A stretch of DNA of 36,674 nt from Macrostomum lignano (Eukaryota), in contig NIVC01004079.1 in assembly GCA_002269645.1 (NCBI GenBank), positions 1 to 36,674 on the forward strand, in the 5' to 3' direction. Positions within the stretch are counted from its first letter, which is position 1. Each line of letters begins with the position of its first letter. The notes under the pieces were generated by a model, which was not told the DNA's origin, did no database searches, and was given only the letters and a program-made list of their open reading frames with translations. This document shows, in pieces, positions 1 through 12,437 of the stretch. The position numbers and the translations under genes were made by a program.

Positions 1-231
1 CTCGAACTGAATCAGCGAAACACCTGTGAGTACGATTGGTTGCTTTGCATGAAAGAAAATACTGATCCAGGAGTCTGGAGCGTGAAATCACACACGTACC
101 TATGGGTACTTCCTCTAGGATGTAGATAATGAAAGAGGCTGTGTTGCTGCACGCGTTGCCACCTGACAGAGTGACATAGCTGGTATTGAGGTTGCTGCAC
201 AGGTACATGTCCGGGGCACTGTTTGAAGCAC
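1..231 (-). CDS. Two exons (231-100 and 23-<1) of a probable cadherin-family gene continuing off the left edge
   Basis: Acceptor tttcag|G at 232/231, donor G|GTACGT at 100/99, 76-nt intron, acceptor ctcacag| at 24/23; all phase 1. Spliced product GASNSAPDMYLCSNLNTSYVTLSGGNACSNTASFIIYILEEVPIG-VSLIQFE resembles the start of a cadherin repeat (Y-x-x-x-EE-x-P-x-G...). Not in the ORF track. Confidence 0.55.
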
Positions 232-3200
232 CTGAAATTAGATGTTTTAAATTAACACTGTGGTGTCCGTCTGATAGATGTCTTCTACTTAGGTAAGGAT
301 AACCTGCTTTGCCTTTACGTAACTCAACACAGGTTACGTTATGGTTACGAAGCTTTGAATTCACTGTTAGAATGAAGTATTTTTATTGTTCAATGGTGCT
401 TAAATAAATTTACCAGGTGCAAGAACTAAAATTAAACAAAAAATGTGTTTTAGAAAGCTGCCTTCGGTTTGTAAACAGAAAATCGCACATTCCCGTCGAA
501 TATGGAGGCACTGCTGCCATTGTCATTCATTAGAAATAGTTCGATGCAAATCAGAAACTTTATTGGCAAACCATTTGTTTAAGTACGTGCGTGCTATTGT
601 GCAGTAGGAGTTTTCTTATAAAATAAAAATTTTCTCAGTTAGAATAACTTTTAGTTAAAAAGCCGCTTTGTTAAGGCAAATATTTCACAAGGTTTAACTT
701 TTCGGCGCTACAATCAGGACGATGATGTCACACAAACATCAGCTGACCTATTATGGCTAGAATGAGGGGTGCATAAACGAACGGTTTATGTTTACAACGT
801 GCAATTCAAAGTAATTTATAGTTGATTGAAAAATATTTCGCCTTTATGTTGGTTGTAGCAGGTAATTAAATTCTGACCCGAATATTTGGGAACTATATAG
901 TCAGTTATAGTTCGCAGGGGCTTTGGGCACTGCATCAAACCAAAGCGACAGTCGCACAGTCGCACACTGAGCAATCGAACCCACAGACTTTGGCGTGAGA
1001 TTAGGACGCATTTTGGACGCTGGTCTACTCTGCTGCCTAGTAAATTCTGGTACAGGGAATACAGTAGATACTCTATACAAATATTTAGTGAAATTCATGC
1101 AACAGTGAAAGCACACGATAATGTTTGGTGTCTGCAGTGACAATAACTATGCTTGCACTGAGGAGAACCTCTGAACCACAAGCAAGCTCGCGGAGGTTTT
1201 GCGGGGCTTGGCGACCAAAAAACTACAACACATGCTTAAGGGAGCAAACAAGTTCATTCAGGCTAGTAACCAGATAAGCACTTTAATTATAAGGTAACTA
1301 ATAAGGTAATTATTAGTTGTAACTTAGTCTAATTAAGGCATCGTACCTGGCTTCACGCTGGCTCCAAGCAGCAGACAGGCGAGCTGCACGAACAGTACGG
1401 CGATTCGGCGATGACTCACAGATTCCATGGCTGCCGAGACTAGCTGTGGGCGGACTAGTAGACACGGCTCACTATTTTTGCTAAGGTTTTTGCGTCGACG
1501 TGATTATATTTACTTTGTCAACCCCCACTTTGCGTGGCCCAGCATCTCTATTGGTCAGGTCTGACATCCAATGGGATCTACATGTTCGTATAGATTTTTT
1601 ACGAGCTAAGCAGGAGAGGTTGACCAACTCAAATTAAGATTAAGATTATTTAGATAAGAAGCAAGGTGTAATAATGCGCGCCTGTTGACTTTAAAAACAA
1701 TTGATTGTCAACCAGAAACACAACAATAATACGAGCTTTGGAGTTTGGTGGCTCTCTTGGGTCACTCAGGAAGCTTAGCTAAAACTAAACCGTCAAGTAT
1801 CAACACCAAAACTGTGCACAGGCCTCAGAGTTAAAGCACTACACAGGAAGGCAAGTCACATTGCGCTGCATAGTTAATCTGTCTCTGTAGAGCTTACCGT
1901 TGCGAACGTGTAAACAGACTGCAAACGCGAGTCTGAGTTCCGGGATCAGAGCCTTGTAAATTATTCAGGACGGGTGCTCGGATCCGACCAGACAGGGAAC
2001 TTTGCATCCAGCAGTTTTCAGACACTAAAGTGGGGGTATGTAGTATATTTGGCTCTCGCAGACCAGTCGTACGAGGTTTTAAAGGCAAGGGAACCGCCTT
2101 GTTCTGTCGAGAGGGGAACGGCCGTATATTACGGCGATTCCCAATGAAATCCTCCTCCTTACGGGGAAGGGGCAAGAGCTGAGCCATGCATGGTCTAGAG
2201 CTGGCCGGCAGAGGTTGTGGACAGCTGCTCTCAGTGTGTGTGTTGACTTTCTCAAGCCCCTGAATTGGCACGGATCCGCCTCGCCCGTTGCGCCTGCCCG
2301 ACGCACACCAGAGGATTAGGGCGGTGGCACCGATCGTTGCCCCGCTTCACCCTCCTCGCCCCCACTAAAATTCTGGGTCCGCTGCAGCTGACTCACGAAA
2401 GCAAGGGGAGTGAGGGGAGGTAGCTATGAGGACTAAAAAACTGTTTGCTGAAGGGGAAGACTTCTCCCGGATCAAGTAACCATATTGGCGAGAAATTGGC
2501 AGTCAAAAAGACTGTTAAAATCGAAGAATTCAAGGGTTAATTTTGTCTGTTAAAGCAAATGATTTATGATTGGACGCAGTTGCAATTTGCATTGGTTCTG
2601 ATCAGTGCCTTACTTAGCACTCGACGTTTTACGAGCGTACTAAAGTAACTAAAGTCAAGCAGGCTCGAACTTCCCAGGTTACATTTTTTGACATTACAAT
2701 GGACTCCTTTCGAGGCATTTCTCCATCATTGCGCAAAATTTTGAATAGGAAAGGATAGCATTTCATCTGGTGCTTGTTGAACTGACAAGCATACAGAAAC
2801 TAGAAAAATGAATTTTGTTAGCTTCTTAATTCAAATTTTAATAAAACACCTCACTCCACGACACAGCGTTGTGACAGTTTTAAGTGCAGCGTTAAAAAAT
2901 CCTAAAAAACTATTTTACAAGTGAAATACGAGTGCTTACTATCGTCCGCGGTTGTTATAGGCTCACTAGTTTTCCATTATAAACGCGTTTTATTGACAAA
3001 AATAAAATTTTACTAATACAACATATGCTTTACGATTTACTCATATGATTTACTCATTTTGTTAATTAGGCTATTTAGTGAGCTCTTACTAAACCCTATT
3101 TGCCAACTAACAAGGACATAACATGAAGGACACCACTACAAAACTATTGGTCCATGTATACTACTATTAGTAATTGTGAAGTGACTGCAATTTATCGTAA

Positions 3201-3299
3201 GATTAGTTTCGAATGTTATTCACTGATTCACAGTTGCAGTTGTTCACAACAAACTGCTCATTTCCAAGTCCGATGATGAGGCTCAACCCCCGCAGAGAA

Positions 3300-5684
3300 T
3301 CAGGCGGTGCCGTTGTCACCCTGACAGTTAGGACTGCAGCCCAGCGATTCTTCGTAGCCTTTCTTTGTCTTCAGTTCGTGCACGCGTACCGTCTCACCCT
3401 CCTGCTGTAACGATTAAAGATTATGTTGTCATTGGATTGGATTGAAAAAGAAAAAATTGGTACTGAACCAGTACCGCATGGTTGAAGGTTTATTTTCTTA
3501 AAAATGATAGAAACTTTCTTACGTTATCCTAACGGTTCGTAACGCAGTCGCTAAGCATTATTGAAGCATCACCTGACGGTTACGACTTACCCCCACCTCG
3601 ACAGTCTTCTTGTAGTCAGCTACAAAAGTGCTATCGAAGGCTATGAGGTTGCGAGTGGCCTCGGAAATCAGCACAGTGCCCTGTTCGCATTGGGCCTCGA
3701 TGCTCTGAGTGGCAAACAACGTCGTACCAAATAGGCAATATCGCGGAAAAATCACGCCCACAACGGCAGCTACAACAGGGCCTGCAATGTTGCGACTATT
3801 GTTTCGAGCAAAGTTCTGATAACCTTCAAATTCGCAAACAACTACAAATTGGTATGGCCTAAAACTCACCTGAATGGATTGCAATCTGAAGGTGCATCGA
3901 AACGCCTGGCATGTGGGCGACCCGGATGTGCAGGGCGTGGTGCCTCAAGTCGATGCTTAGAACAGCTAGCTCGTGAGCATGTCGCCTGCCATTGCGAATG
4001 GGTACTCCGCTGACTATGAGCAACCAATCGCCACTTGTCTGCAGCTTGTGGCAGTCGAATTTCTCGATTCGTTCGTCGAACATGTTGTACAAACCGTTCA
4101 GAATCTCGATCACCTGTCCTGGCTGGCTGTTGTTGGCGACAAAAGCAAAGTTGGCGAGCCGGACCAGCATGATGCTGGCCTCGGTGAAAGTCTCAGCGGA
4201 CACCTTTTTCCTCAGGCGCAGTTGCTCAATAATAGACTGCGGCATCATGCCGTAGAGCAGGCGGTCGGCTCGCTCTCGGTCCTTAGTCATGGCGCAAGCC
4301 TGAGTCATTAGGGCTCCAGAGTACTGGCTAATGTCATCCATCATGGCGTGAACTATGAAAATGACGATCGGACTGGATATTAGTGCGATGAGGAAGAAAC
4401 CCAGGTTGAGCATTAAAGAATTATAATCGTCCAACTTGTCTGTTGCAATCGAGTTTAATGCGAATTCGCCTAGACTGACAAGCAATCCTTGCTGACCTTC
4501 CATGTAGATGGACATGTTGTTCAACCACAGCGTGGATGCCTCCAGGCCTCCCATGTTTTGCGGCTCAGAGCGAGAAAGAATCTCTGATCGCATTGTCTCA
4601 ATGCTGGATACGACCGGGGCGAGTTCCACTGCCGTCTGGTTGGTCAATTCGCGAACAATATCACTGTACTCCTTGGAATCTTTGATCTGCGCTCGACCCT
4701 GGAAGTAAGTGCGCAAGTACCACTGGTATTCGCTGTCCATGCGGAAGCCACCCTGGGCGTAGAATATTCCTCCCAGACTCCGTTCAACACCCGTGTTCTC
4801 CTTCGCCATTACTAGAAGTAAGTAGGCAACCATATTCTTCCACAGAGAGCCATCTTTACTCTGTTGAATAGTATCCGTGATCCAGTTGATGAACACTCTG
4901 ATCACGTCGTTTGTATAAAACCTGATCTCCTCCAGCGGGTTGCGAAAATCCGGGTTGAGGCTAATATCTCTCCGTCTGATGTCCAAGATCTTCTGGAAAT
5001 CGGCTTTGCTTTCAAACGCAGTCATAAAAGTGAGCTCTTCAGAGTCCTGGTTCCACGAGCGCAGCGCCGCAAGACTGAGATCTGTCTGGCGAAAGATCTC
5101 TTCGATTAGGATTCGCGTCTCGGACGACTTGCTCGAAATGAAGAGAGCGACTCGATCTCGTTCTTTCTGCAAGTTGTCAATCAGTGAGCCGGTTTCCATA
5201 GCGAAGCGCATTGCGTCTCGTATGTTCGACTTCATCTTGCTCTCGTTGCTGGAGTCGACTAAGTTGCGGATTGTCACTCCAGCCAAGGCCGCTATGGGCA
5301 GCATCAGAAGGAACATGATCTTGGCCACCTGGCGCTTTTTGCCTGCAAATGTGAAATTTGCCCATTTTAGAAAAAGTGAACCGCAACTTTTTATTATGAA
5401 ATACGTGCTGACATTATTTTGAAATTTCATGATTTCGCACCAATCTGGTCGTTGCTGCTGTAAAACCAGTTGTAGCACTTCCCCAGCACGGATGTGTAGA
5501 GCAGCCTTTCCTGCACTATGCGATTGATGCGGCTGACATTGCCGCTGGTTTCGCTGCCGGAGTTTAGCGAGTTGCTAGAGCCGCTCACCTTTCTGTTCAT
5601 AAAGGTGCTGCTCATCGATGAAACAGACGGCGTGATAGCCGGAGTGATTTTCACCTCAGGCCTGAGCATTCCCTTCTTACCCAT
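3300..5684 (-). CDS. Membrane NIT-domain guanylate-cyclase-family protein with degenerate catalytic site, about 670 aa; exons 5684-5441, 5342-3870, 3781-3591, 3404-3300
   Basis: GCCATGG start at 5684; three GT-AG introns (98, 88, 186 nt) give one continuous frame. TM1 IMFLLMLPIAALAGVTI; NIT motifs LQKERD and AKENTGVERSLG; TM2 LGFFLIALISSPIVIFIV; signalling helix RERADRLLYGMMPQSI; class III cyclase fold motifs LYNMFD, SGD-LLIVSGVP-RNG-HA, IHSGP, PRYCLFG. Confidence 0.9.
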
Positions 5685-8290
5685 GGCCGTAACGAAAACA
5701 CGGGCCAGTTTGAAACTTATCAGCTAAATTTTGAGACTGCGCCAACGTGAGCTGTCTTTATATAGGGAGGATTAGGGAGAAAACTGGCTGAGTCGTGTCT
5801 AAACATGATCAAAACGTGCTGCAGCCTTTGTAAAGTTATCTAGCTTTGTTCGTAGTCTGTTGGATTGAAGCTCTGCAGTTGTCAATTCCATGACAAACCA
5901 CTTGTGCCTCAAAGAATAAAATCTTTTTGGTTAACAAGGCTGCCATTCTCTGAGGATTGTACAATCTTTGCGGAGTACTCAGGAAGTGAATCATTAATAC
6001 TAATTAATGCTAGGGAACCTGCTTTGCTGGAAATCCCTTTGTGCTGCTTTTACCGCAGCGAAGCTCTCACATGTGCATCAAAAAGGGCTAGTAGCTTTCT
6101 GGCACGGAACAGGTAAGCTATGACTGTCTTTGTGGGATGAGTTCTCCCTAATTGGGCTGCCTATAATAATTTGGCTGCTCAGTCCTTTCGAACTCGACAA
6201 CACGGATATCAGTTATTACTGTCATCAAAGTCCTCAATAAACTGTCCTCATGCGTTTAAGACTTGTCCATCGAGGCCTGCAGTCCTCAGAGACCAGCTGT
6301 GATCATTTTGCCGTAAAACGGCTGTGTTAAATCGTGTAGCTCGTAAAGATGATGTTAAAGTCAACGAGAACCCAAGGTAAATTTTTATTCATCGTACAGA
6401 AAAATTGACAATATGCAGTTCCATCAAGGTAAATTTTCCGCTCAAACTGGGACACTGCAAAAGAAGACGATTGTCTAATAAACCTTTGTTTTTTTAATTT
6501 AACACGAGCAAAGTTAATTGAGAATGTTTCTTTTATGAATGGTCTTAAAAGTTAGATTTTTATTATTTGTTAAATATTCTGTACATTGGCACACTAAAAG
6601 TACACGTAAAAATTAAATGATTGGGGCTGTTAAAAAGAGAATGCAAAAATTACAATGATAGTGCTTGGTACCTACTTGGTTGGTACTCGTAAATAGAGTT
6701 TTCTTGATGCATCTTTCCATAAAGCCTGGTATTAAGGGAAATCTAAAAGGATGCAAAGTACTCGGGGAAATTCCGGCCCTAAAAGTACAGTGGCTCGTCC
6801 AGCCAAGAGACCATCTGAAGCAAGACTATCTAACGAACAGCTCATTGCTTCGAAGGGAAATAATGAAGGCCAGGGTTAATTAGGAGTGTTGCTCGCTGAA
6901 AAAATGCTTGAGTAACTTATTGCTTCAATTAATTGGTGTCTTCAAAACTTCAGAAATCAAAGCACAAGCCGCACTTAGCTTTTATTGTCGTTTACCCAGG
7001 GGAAATCCCGACTTGTTCCAAATTCCGACATTGAAATACCACCGACTGTATAGGACAAGTCATCGGGACAAAACTTCCACTCAGAAGTTTTTTAATAGCT
7101 ACATGTAGCTAGCTGACTTTTTCGGGTAGTCGGAGGGCTACTAAAGTTGTTCCCGAAGGCAAAAAGGAAAAATAAATAGTTTAAGACCAAAATATTCAAG
7201 ATTTTTCTCAAATAGAAATGGCTTAATTGCTAGCTATGTAGATAAGAAGTTGTTCGGAAGCCTGTAGCCCTTAAAGCCGACAGGATGCAGTAGAGTAGTA
7301 CATGTAGTCCTTGTAATTTTGGAAGCTCTGGTAACAATGGTCAAATCCCGTCCATGCAGAGATCCCGTCCCCGACCCCAAGAAAGCTTTTCCCGACCGAA
7401 TGCTAGAGCATTGGTTCATTGCCGGGATAGCACAGGACGCGACAATGGGAAACAGTTGCGGGGTTACGTCGTATCCGTGATTGGAATCGGGTTCAATCGA
7501 TAAAGCAACTTTTGTTGCACATTGGCAGCCACTTGCTAAATTGGAAACGAACTCAAACGGAAATGGAACCTACGAGCTACAAAGCGCATTTGAAAAAAAA
7601 TGATTTACAAGCGAATTGCGATTTGCAAAGCAAACGTTTGATAAACAACGGCATTCATGAATTGAGGGTTGGGCAAAAACACGTGAATGAAAGCATGCAG
7701 TCTTGTACATGTACGCTTTTGGACTCCCCCGGAAGACAGCAAGTCATATTTAGGGCTTCAATTTCAAGTTAGCCATTTTTAAGCCGAACTGATGTGCTTG
7801 TGGTTCGCGTTATAGCTAGCCATTAAATTATAGCTTAATTATTGATTTAGTTAATCCAAAATTTTAGGCACTTATCAAGCCACTCGAACGCACCCATAAT
7901 ACCAATGGAATAGCTGCAATCCATTCTCAGATCGAATCTCAGATCGAAACTCCTACCGAGGCTTATAAGCTAAATTTCTCCGCCTAGACAGGAAAATGCT
8001 AATTATTTTCAGTTTGAGAACAGGATCTCAACCTTGCTGCTACACTTAGATGTGGCAAAATGAAATATGAATGCCTCAGAATTACATGATGCAACATATA
8101 TTAATGATTGTTTGGGTTTCTAATATTACGTATAAAAATATTTGAGACTTTAATTTGGCTCAGGTGAAAACTGAGCTCAACTTTCCCACTGTCTACCTTT
8201 CCCAGTGAATGAAATAAGCAAGTTGTGAGCTAGGCTCAGTAGGTGAGCATCTGATCAGAACTATCCGATACCAACCGGCTAGCTGGACTG

Positions 8291-9887
8291 TCACACTGCC
8301 GCTGAGCCCCTCAGATTGAACACCTCCACCAGTAGAGGATCGAGATGATCGCCCAGGGAGCCGACGCTGTGGCAGAGGTTGCTGAAGTCGGTGGCGAGCC
8401 TGTCCAGGTCGGACAGTCGATTTAGCAGGTCGAAGAACACAGCCCGCGAACGGGCCATTGGCCACGTGTGCTCCACGTGGCGCCAAAGCAGCTGGATGTA
8501 GCCTTTCTGCAGCCGGTCGATGAGCCGCATATTGCGCAGCAGAGGTCGCGATGGGTTGTAGAAGTCAACCAGCTGCAGCAGGGTCAGAGCCAGCCTGTCG
8601 CCTTCGCTGGCGGCTGAAGAAGAGCGCAGGAATTGCCGATAGCGGCTTAGCAACTGCGTCCCAGCAGGCCAGGAGGACAGCGACATGGACAGGCTGTCCA
8701 ACGGCATTCGATGCAGGCCGCCCAGTTGGTTTGACTCGAATTGAAAGCTGTCCTCCTCCGAGCTGTAGGTGCAGGCGCCCCGCATCAAGGTGAAGTGGAA
8801 CACACCGCCCTTGATGAGTTCTATCATGTCCGCCTGGTCGATCATACTGTGCTCGGGCAGAAGCTTAACAAATTTCACGAACCGCGTTACAAAAGACAGG
8901 GTGATGGCGAACGGGGTCTCCAGAGCGGAGCTGTTGCTAGAGCGGATCTTCTCTGAGTCGTCGCTGCCTACGTTGTCCATGACATCGTTGATAGCGGAGC
9001 GCACAGCATCGAGCAGCCAGCGGCAGGACTGCGACAAAGGTCGCCTGTCAGACCAGGCCAGTGTTTCGGATTCATCCTCCTCCGGGGCCAGTAGCTGCAG
9101 CACCGTGGATTGCTGCAAACTCGTGCTGCATGGGCTACGGTGGGCTCGCTCGCGCCGCTTCTGCAGCTGCTCAGCGCCTAAGAAGTTGACGTCGATGCAA
9201 TGTACGATTCAAAAACACAACACTCGTACGAAAAAATGTTGAAATAAGCTCACTCAAATTTGACTCACCCAGAATCCATTCCTTCTTCATCCCAACCCGG
9301 AAGCATTTGCTTAGTCGACAGGCTGGACAGAATTTCCTCGTGGCGACGGTCACTTCGCAGTTGTTGTCAAAGTTGCACTGGTGCGGCTAAAAATGGCATT
9401 AAAAGCTTTAGCAATGGTGCTCTAATTACCTGTAAAATACTAAGTTAGACCTTCTCACCCTTTCCTTCACTGCATTTCTGCGAAAGAACGCCTTGCAGGA
9501 CTCGCAAGTGACGGCGTCAAAGTTAAAGCCCAGAGCCTTGTCGCCGCAAACGCTGCACTGCTGCTGCGACTGTTGCTGCTGCTGGAGCTGCTGCTTCTGT
9601 AGGTGCTGTGACAGTTGTGCCTGCTCAACTGTCGGGTTAGCTGTGAGCAGAATTTTACTTCGTCTTTTGCGACGCTGTGGCATCATCTGCGCTTGCGACT
9701 CCCATGTGGCTGTTTCCGCTGAAGACAGCAGTGTTGTTGCTGACGAGTCGCTCGGCGGTGATTGGCACATGCCAGGGCCCGGGTTCGACTCCTGTTTGAC
9801 CGGTGCCGCTGCAGCAGACAGTTGGGCGGAATCGCTCGTCAGATAGTAGTCCAGAACGGAGTGCTGGGTATGAATGAGGAAAGGCAT
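8291..9887 (-). CDS. HR96: Nuclear hormone receptor, NR1J (HR96/DAF-12-like) group, about 477 aa; exons 9887-9459, 9386-9269, 9177-8291
   Basis: C4 zinc finger 1 [29 protein letters not shown] with the NR1J-type P-box ESCKA; finger 2 [36 protein letters not shown]; LBD with ..D..L.KGG and AF-2 [14 protein letters not shown] introns of 72 and 91 nt are phase-consistent. Start Met is uncertain (9887 or 9950; an acceptor at 9907 suggests an upstream exon). Exact orthologue not determinable. Confidence 0.9.
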
Positions 9888-12140
9888 GTTAGTCAGAAAA
9901 CTGGAACTGTTAAAATCCCAGTGGATGACTTCAAGTCCTCTAGCTAGCATTAATTTTGATCTTTGGAACTTTTGAAGACTCAAAGTCCCGAGAGCAAGTC
10001 CACGATAAGAAAGATACAAGAAACCGAAGCGCAGAAACACTCAGTAGCCTCGGTATTTGCTTTGATACCTTCCAGTCAGGCTGAGGAGAAACAAGAGATA
10101 AAGAATAAATGCAGAAACTTTGGTGCCTCAGCGGAGAGCAATCAAGTGCAATTGTACCGCACGAGTGCGCGTTGGCTTGTTTACCACACGCGTTAAATCG
10201 CTCAGACAGGCGGCCTGCTGCCGTATGTGCGTGTTCTACGCCTGCCTGCCAGACCGCACGGGCTAGTTGCATCTGGGCCCCTCTAATCGGCTGCTAATAG
10301 GCTTTTAGTCAATTCAATTGTGGCTTTGATGCCTTCACAACCAGAAGTTTGCATGCCAAGGCTGGTTGTAGCTCGTACAAGCGTATTAGGCACTAATGAG
10401 CTGCGAATGCTAGCACAGGACAGGACGTACCGTTATATAACGAAAGACCAACTGCATGAACTTACACTGCTTGGATACATTTTTTATAATATTTCTCTGC
10501 AGTTCCTTCGACTCGCAGTTAGTCGAACTGGCTGCCCAGTAGCTTCTATCATTCGGCGACTGTTGACTTCTTCGAACTCGAATTCTCGGACCTGTTCGGA
10601 AGAGTGCTTATTGAAAGTTTCAATCGAAGCGACTACACTCGAAGCAGAAAATCTTCAACTAACAACTGGTTGGTCGAGATAATTTTTCTCTTTACTGCCA
10701 TTGACTGTCTTAATGCTTTGTGTGCATTAGCTTATATATTCATGCAAGCGTACAAACTACTATTTTCTGGACATGCGAGCGAAAACTGGTGCACAGATAG
10801 GCAAAAGAAGAGTTACAATACACGCGTCCTGCACAGGCACTTGCTTGCGGCCTGCCTGCCTGCCCGTCTGCTTGTCTGGCTGCCCAACCTAAGCCGGCGC
10901 AAGTGTACTTTGCTGTCGGTAGGCGGCCCGCCCCAGAATTCAATTTTGATAAGCGGGGCAACTCCGGGTGCCCGCTCGGGCTCGCATAGCAGAGAGCTCA
11001 TCGCAGATCGCGGCACAAGCAGATTGCATGCACTCGCGGGATCGTGGCATTTTTTTGCGCATTCAATTTTACATGTTTCACGGGGTTAGCATTATAAATG
11101 TAACTGGATTCGCAGTGTCTGCAGTTTCTCACGAGCCCGGATTTTAGTTGCTAAAATGCGATCATTCAAGGGAGACTTCAAACATGTTGACGCAACGCCT
11201 TCCGCCAGATCCAATAACGGTTGGCTGTACCAATTTCCTGATCCAAATGCAAACGAACTTCTAAACATCTTGTTTTAAACATCTTGTTTTACTCCGACAA
11301 CTCCCATTCCATACATGTATTTCGACGCAACAGAATTTCGATTGCAACCTACAGCGTCTGTAACAGTTAAGGCTAGTCAACACTGCCATCAAGTGTGGCT
11401 ATTTGTCACCTGCAGATCGCACGGCTTGCGTATAGTTTTTTGTCGCTTTGTACATCAGCATCAATTGTGCGATTTGACGGCTCAATTAACGACTGTATTA
11501 ACGAGCCTTTCAAAGCACCTATGCACTGATGGCGTCATCCAACTCTGTTGGTGACCTTACGAGCGCACGAGCGTCAGCATCAGTGCACGCCATCAATTCG
11601 CCATTATTTCACAATCCAGATTCATTTTTTGCCCGACACGACACTGAAAAGTGAAACTGCGCAGCGGATGCGGCAGCTCGGAGCGAATTTAGCACAGAGT
11701 TTACAAGCAAGTGGCAAGAGAAGCCCTGGCTTTGGTTACAGCAGGGTGCCGCATTGTGGCTTGCTTTGCCACTGCCAGATGCTAGCGGTTCTGAGGCTTA
11801 AAAATCAGTGATGACGACAGCGTACAAGTTTCATTGGCTGAATTCAGTTTGGCAAATTTGCTAAAAAGCAAATCTTGTCGCGGGTAAATGCAAGCTCTTG
11901 TTATTAACTTGAGTCTGCCGGGTTTGAAAAACAATATCTGCGCTCGTAGTGCATTCAAACTAAAACCAAGAGAATTTTATGCTGCTTTTGTTTTTCTGAC
12001 AACTGACATCTAATTAGTGTGCTCTCCGCTCCAAGTTCTTTGGCTAAAGATTAAAGTCTTGATGATATGTATTTTCTAACAGTAACAGCCTTCAGTCTTC
12101 CTCACCGAACAGCCGGAAGATTTTATGGTAGTTGCTTAAA

Positions 12141-12437
12141 ATGCAGTCTCTTTTCTTGGCTTGTGCACTGGGATTCCTACTTTCAGTAGTGAAAGTGGGC
12201 CTGCAGTTTCAAAAATGGTTTAAAGTTGCTTTCACAAATTTTAAAAAAAAATCAGCTTCAAGTCAAGAGTTCTTAACCAGTGTCACCTCCAGGTATGGAA
12301 GAGAGTCCTTAACCAGTGTCACCTCCAGGTATGGAAGAGAGTCCTTAACCAGTGTCACCTCCAGGTATGGAAGAGAGTCCTTAACCAGTGTCACCTCCAG
12401 GTATGGAAGAGAATCCTTAACCAGTGTCACCAGATAA
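12141..12437 (+). CDS. Candidate secreted repeat-peptide (RYamide-like neuropeptide) precursor ORF, truncated by a LINE insertion
   Basis: aaaATG, hydrophobic N-terminus [17 protein letters not shown], then KKK, then four (ES/EF)[10 protein letters not shown] repeats. The frame continues for two more copies after the LINE. Could equally be a non-coding minisatellite. Confidence 0.25.
   Translation: MQSLFLACALGFLLSVVKVGLQFQKWFKVAFTNFKKKSASSQEFLTSVTSRYGRESLTSVTSRYGRESLTSVTSRYGRESLTSVTSRYGRESLTSVTR
12272..12433. repeat. 36-bp tandem repeat, left part (unit ttaaccagtgtcacctccaggtatggaagagagtcc, about 4.5 copies)
   Basis: Near-identical units read directly from the sequence. Confidence 0.95.

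Noticed and set aside
1340-2400. Suspected interspersed repeat(s) and short ORFs 1894-2306
   Set aside because: No TIR pair, TSD or protein motif could be shown within the window; needs a genome-wide copy search.
6660-7800. Several 60-90 aa ORFs
   Set aside because: No motifs, and no phase-consistent multi-exon model could be built.
5685-8290. Idea that the same-strand nuclear receptor and NIT cyclase form a trans-spliced operon or sensory module
   Set aside because: The gap is 2.6 kb, no spliced-leader evidence is visible, and adjacency alone is uninformative.
9782-9792. ggttcgactcc resembling a tRNA T-loop
   Set aside because: It lies antisense within the nuclear receptor exon and forms no cloverleaf.
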